A stretch of 56,245 nt of DNA from a virus. Taxonomy: Duplodnaviria > Heunggongvirae > Uroviricota > Caudoviricetes. Where the stretch lies: IMG/VR virus record IMGVR_UViG_3300032321_001382, one strand, 5' to 3'. Both the position numbers and the translations under genes were made by a program. The notes beneath the pieces are model-generated. The model was not told the DNA's origin. It saw only the letters and a list, made by a program, of their open reading frames with translations, and did not search any database. Positions 53,567 through 56,245 of the stretch are shown here, piece by piece; the first letter of the stretch is position 1, and each line of letters starts with the position of its first letter.

Positions 53567-53937
53567 TGGAAGGATTAGAAAACGCAACAATTACACCTAG
53601 TGTAACTCCAGCTCCAGCAGCTCCCTTGGTAGCAGCTCCAGCAGTAGCAGCAACTCCAGCGCCAGCTTCGGCTCCAGCGCCAGTTACTGAATCAAGTAGT
53701 TCTTCATCAGAGAACTCTTTGATGGGAATTATTAAAAGCTTAAATTGGATTGAAGTAACCTTTGGTATTTTGGGTGCTGCAGCCCTATATTATACAATTT
53801 ATTATTATAAGTATAATATGACTAATGGAGATAAGACTAGAAATGAAATGCAAAATAGAATTGACGCACTTGAAATTAAATTAGCTGAATTAAAAACAGA
53901 AGAAGAAAATAAAAATACAATAGACGCAATATTCTAA
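53566..53937 (+). CDS. Single-TM protein with a Pro/Ala-rich N-terminus and C-terminal coiled coil
   Basis: PAPAAP low-complexity region; TM VTFGILGAAALYYTIYYY. Confidence 0.85.
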   Translation: MEGLENATITPSVTPAPAAPLVAAPAVAATPAPASAPAPVTESSSSSSENSLMGIIKSLNWIEVTFGILGAAALYYTIYYYKYNMTNGDKTRNEMQNRIDALEIKLAELKTEEENKNTIDAIF

Positions 53938-53947
53938 TAAATAATCT

Positions 53948-54583
53948 ATGCTTACTTATGGAAACCCGAGTAGGAATTTCCTACCTTATTTAAAGACAGA
54001 GTCTTATTTAGACTCATTGTTGCCAGAACTGGCTTCTTATCCATTTTTCAATAATGATGGTCAGGAAGTTATTGATGAAATAAATCAGTTAATCAACTAT
54101 ACCAACACGCTAAGTTCTGACGATGTTTTACAAAAAAGATACAAATTGTATGATAAAAATTTTGAAGAATATTTTATAAATGTTTTATCAAATGTCGGTA
54201 TAGATAGACAAGAAGTAACAGAACTAATAAAACAAGTTCATGATGAGATTGTCCCATTGCTTGTTAAGTTAAAGTATCACTATCAAAGAGTAAGACCATA
54301 TCAACTTTCTCATAATTTAAATATGAGATTGTATCCATTTGAATCTAGTACAGCAGATACTCCATCATATCCAAGTGGTCATAGCGTTCAAGCCAAATTA
54401 TACGCTGATGTTTTAGGTAATAAATACCCTAAATATTTTAGACAATTAAAAGCTTTATCTAACGATATAGCGGAATCTAGATTGTCTATGGGTTTACATT
54501 ACCCAAGTGATGTATTATTTGGTGAATACGTATGTGAATTAGTGTTAAATCATCCAGAATTCAAGAAAAAATATCGGTTATAA
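53948..54583 (+). CDS. PAP2-superfamily phosphatase (acid phosphatase / vanadium haloperoxidase fold)
   Basis: K...Y.R.RP, TPSYPSGHS and SR..MGLHYPSD. Confidence 0.92.
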   Translation: MLTYGNPSRNFLPYLKTESYLDSLLPELASYPFFNNDGQEVIDEINQLINYTNTLSSDDVLQKRYKLYDKNFEEYFINVLSNVGIDRQEVTELIKQVHDEIVPLLVKLKYHYQRVRPYQLSHNLNMRLYPFESSTADTPSYPSGHSVQAKLYADVLGNKYPKYFRQLKALSNDIAESRLSMGLHYPSDVLFGEYVCELVLNHPEFKKKYRL

Positions 54584-54614
54584 TTGTTACTAATTTATAT
54601 AAAAAGGTAACAAT

Positions 54615-55061
54615 ATGGGTGTACATATAAGCCAATTACCTCAAGAAGTTAAGGATAGATTAGGTCTAAAAGAACCTAGCCATAAGCAGTTTTGGGCAAC
54701 TATTGGGAATAAACCACCAATATATTTTCGCTCTAGCTGGGAGTATTATTACGCAATTTTTTTACAAAAGCTAGAACAAGAAGGAAAGATAGTCACTTGG
54801 AAGCACGAGCCTAAAACTTTTTGGTTTGAGGGTATAAAGAGGGGTGTCAGGTCTTATCTACCAGATTTTTGCATAATTCACTTAAGTGGTCAAGAAGAGT
54901 GGTCTGAAGTAAAGGGATACTTTGACTCCAAGTCTCAAACAAAGATGAAAAGAATGGCTAAATATTACCCAGAAGTAAATATCAGGCTAGTTGGTAGCGA
55001 TTGGTTTAAGCAAAACCTAAAGGCTTGTAAGGCAATAGAATCATTATTTGTAAAGAAATAA
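54615..55061 (+). CDS. PD-(D/E)xK endonuclease (possible resolvase)
   Basis: FRSSWE....FL...W.HEP..F...YLPDF...EVKG. Confidence 0.85.
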   Translation: MGVHISQLPQEVKDRLGLKEPSHKQFWATIGNKPPIYFRSSWEYYYAIFLQKLEQEGKIVTWKHEPKTFWFEGIKRGVRSYLPDFCIIHLSGQEEWSEVKGYFDSKSQTKMKRMAKYYPEVNIRLVGSDWFKQNLKACKAIESLFVKK

Positions 55062-55089
55062 TTTTTTTGTTTATTTATAAGGCATTGAT

Positions 55090-55097
55090 TATATTTG
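55090..55097 (+). promoter_or_regulatory. Bacteroidota -7 element (TATATTTG)
   Basis: Upstream of the DnaA-C-like gene. Confidence 0.6.
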
Positions 55098-55112
55098 TAA
55101 TTGAGAAAAATA

Positions 55113-55571
55113 ATGAATTTAAAGATGAAATTAACTGGTTCCATATCTAATCAAATTTTTGATGAACTGATAACCACATTAGAGGTTATTGGTATAGATA
55201 GAACTATAAAAACACTAAGAGACGCTAAAGCAAACTCCTTGATTTTAGAGGATTTGAACATTGAATTTATACTTAACTGCGTGAACCAAGTTACTGGTGT
55301 TTCAAAAGAAAGAATATTGAATGGTAATGATAGAAATGACGAAAGAAAAATTGCTATTGCTCTTTGTGTTTATTTTATAAAGAAAGAGTTTTTCTATTCT
55401 TATGGAGATATGTCTAAAATATTTAATAAAGATGAGTCTTCATTAAGTAGATATAACTCTTTAATAGAAAACAAGCCAGAAAAACCGAAGACGGAATTTG
55501 ATAAAAACATTGAAAATTACTATAGAAAAATAAACTTATTAATAACTGAGAAAAAATTAAAAAATGGCTAA
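55113..55571 (+). CDS. Protein with a DnaA domain IV (Bac_DnaA_C)-like HTH
   Basis: V...TGVS.E.I....R......A....Y......SY..M..IFNKD.S.L; start at ATG 55113 or 55125. Confidence 0.65.
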   Translation: MNLKMKLTGSISNQIFDELITTLEVIGIDRTIKTLRDAKANSLILEDLNIEFILNCVNQVTGVSKERILNGNDRNDERKIAIALCVYFIKKEFFYSYGDMSKIFNKDESSLSRYNSLIENKPEKPKTEFDKNIENYYRKINLLITEKKLKNG

Positions 55572-56245
55572 CGATTATTTAGAACCAGAAGAGCAAGTGC
55601 AAGAAGTTATAGATATTAACCCATTAGATGAGGCGGTTAATGAAAAGCCTTATTCTAGACCCAATTTTAATGCTTCTACGGAAGAATTAAACAAGCCTAT
55701 TGAAGAGCCAAGATTTGCGCCTCCTCCAATACAAAAACCAGAAGTAGACAGAGAAGACCCAAGAAAGCGTGAGCCAGTAAATCCAGAGTTCACGGGGCTT
55801 CCCAAGAAAGAAAAGGAAATGGCTGCTTCCCATATGGCTAAATTAATATTACAAGGTTACGAGTGGATACACGACTTAGGTAATAAAGGATTAAAAGTAA
55901 GTGAGAAAAAGCTTAATAAGTTACAAGCTGATGGAGAGATGAACCTTAATGCTATGATTGATTATGATTATGGCAAAAAGATGAGAGCTGGTGATTTTTT
56001 CAAAGAATATAATAATCAAGTAGAGGGCATATTAAAAGTTAGTGATGATTTTAAAGAAGAAGTAACTCCAGTACTAGAAAGGGTATTAGCAAAGAGGGGT
56101 GTTGGAATGACTGATGAGCAGCTTCTTATGTTTATGTTCGGTAAAGACATCGCTGCAAAGTCTATGATGTTCTTACAACAAAAGCAACAATTGAACTTCA
56201 TGATTCAATCTATAAAAGAAGCTACAGCTGGTCAATTTGTACAAC
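55564..56245 (+). CDS. Hypothetical protein, 3'-truncated by the window end (MANDYLEPEEQ...)
   Basis: Open frame from ATG 55564 to the window end; absent from the track because it has no stop. Confidence 0.85.
   Translation, partial: MANDYLEPEEQVQEVIDINPLDEAVNEKPYSRPNFNASTEELNKPIEEPRFAPPPIQKPEVDREDPRKREPVNPEFTGLPKKEKEMAASHMAKLILQGYEWIHDLGNKGLKVSEKKLNKLQADGEMNLNAMIDYDYGKKMRAGDFFKEYNNQVEGILKVSDDFKEEVTPVLERVLAKRGVGMTDEQLLMFMFGKDIAAKSMMFLQQKQQLNFMIQSIKEATAGQFVQ

Noticed and set aside
1-56245. Eukaryotic giant virus (NCLDV) origin suggested by Erv1 and the glycosyltransferases
   Set aside because: Bacteroidota promoters, operon-style overlaps, DUF3127/DUF4494, an XRE regulator, an M15 endolysin and holin-like genes point to a bacterial host.
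1-56245. Bacterial chromosome or capsule locus, or integrated prophage boundary
   Set aside because: No housekeeping genes, nucleotide-sugar synthesis, Wzx/Wzy, integrase or att site were seen.
1-56245. Stop-codon reassignment
   Set aside because: Long ORFs are intact under code 11, and TAG and TAA stops are followed directly by new starts.

Overview
This AT-rich (about 30% GC by eye), gene-dense 56 kb window is best read as part of a large bacteriophage of Bacteroidota. Support: TAnnTTTG sigma70 promoter boxes, no Shine-Dalgarno sequences, DUF3127 and DUF4494 genes, an M15 endolysin, two tRNAs and no host housekeeping genes. Bases 1-22.4 kb hold many short early genes, a DNA methyltransferase, replication genes, an HNH nuclease, an Erv1/Alr sulfhydryl oxidase, a minimal ligase and about eight glycosyl- and methyltransferases. 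Bases 22.4-45 kb hold large, probably virion-associated proteins, including a Strawberry-notch helicase, a MoxR ATPase with a vWA-like partner and an LPD23/zincin protein. Seven mosaic proteins are cut into small modules by at least 33 copies of a [FYML]-x-x-G-G motif. Bases 45-56 kb hold a lysis cassette and a long run of small tail-anchored membrane proteins, some with conserved Cys. No terminase, portal, HK97 capsid or tail gene is recognisable in the window. The main candidate novel system (inference) is a diglycine-motif polyprotein-processing system, combined with a viral disulfide oxidase and many membrane-anchored proteins. That combination suggests a large lipid-containing Bacteroidota virus with NCLDV-like morphogenesis. 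All family assignments come from motif recognition by eye; no searches were run.
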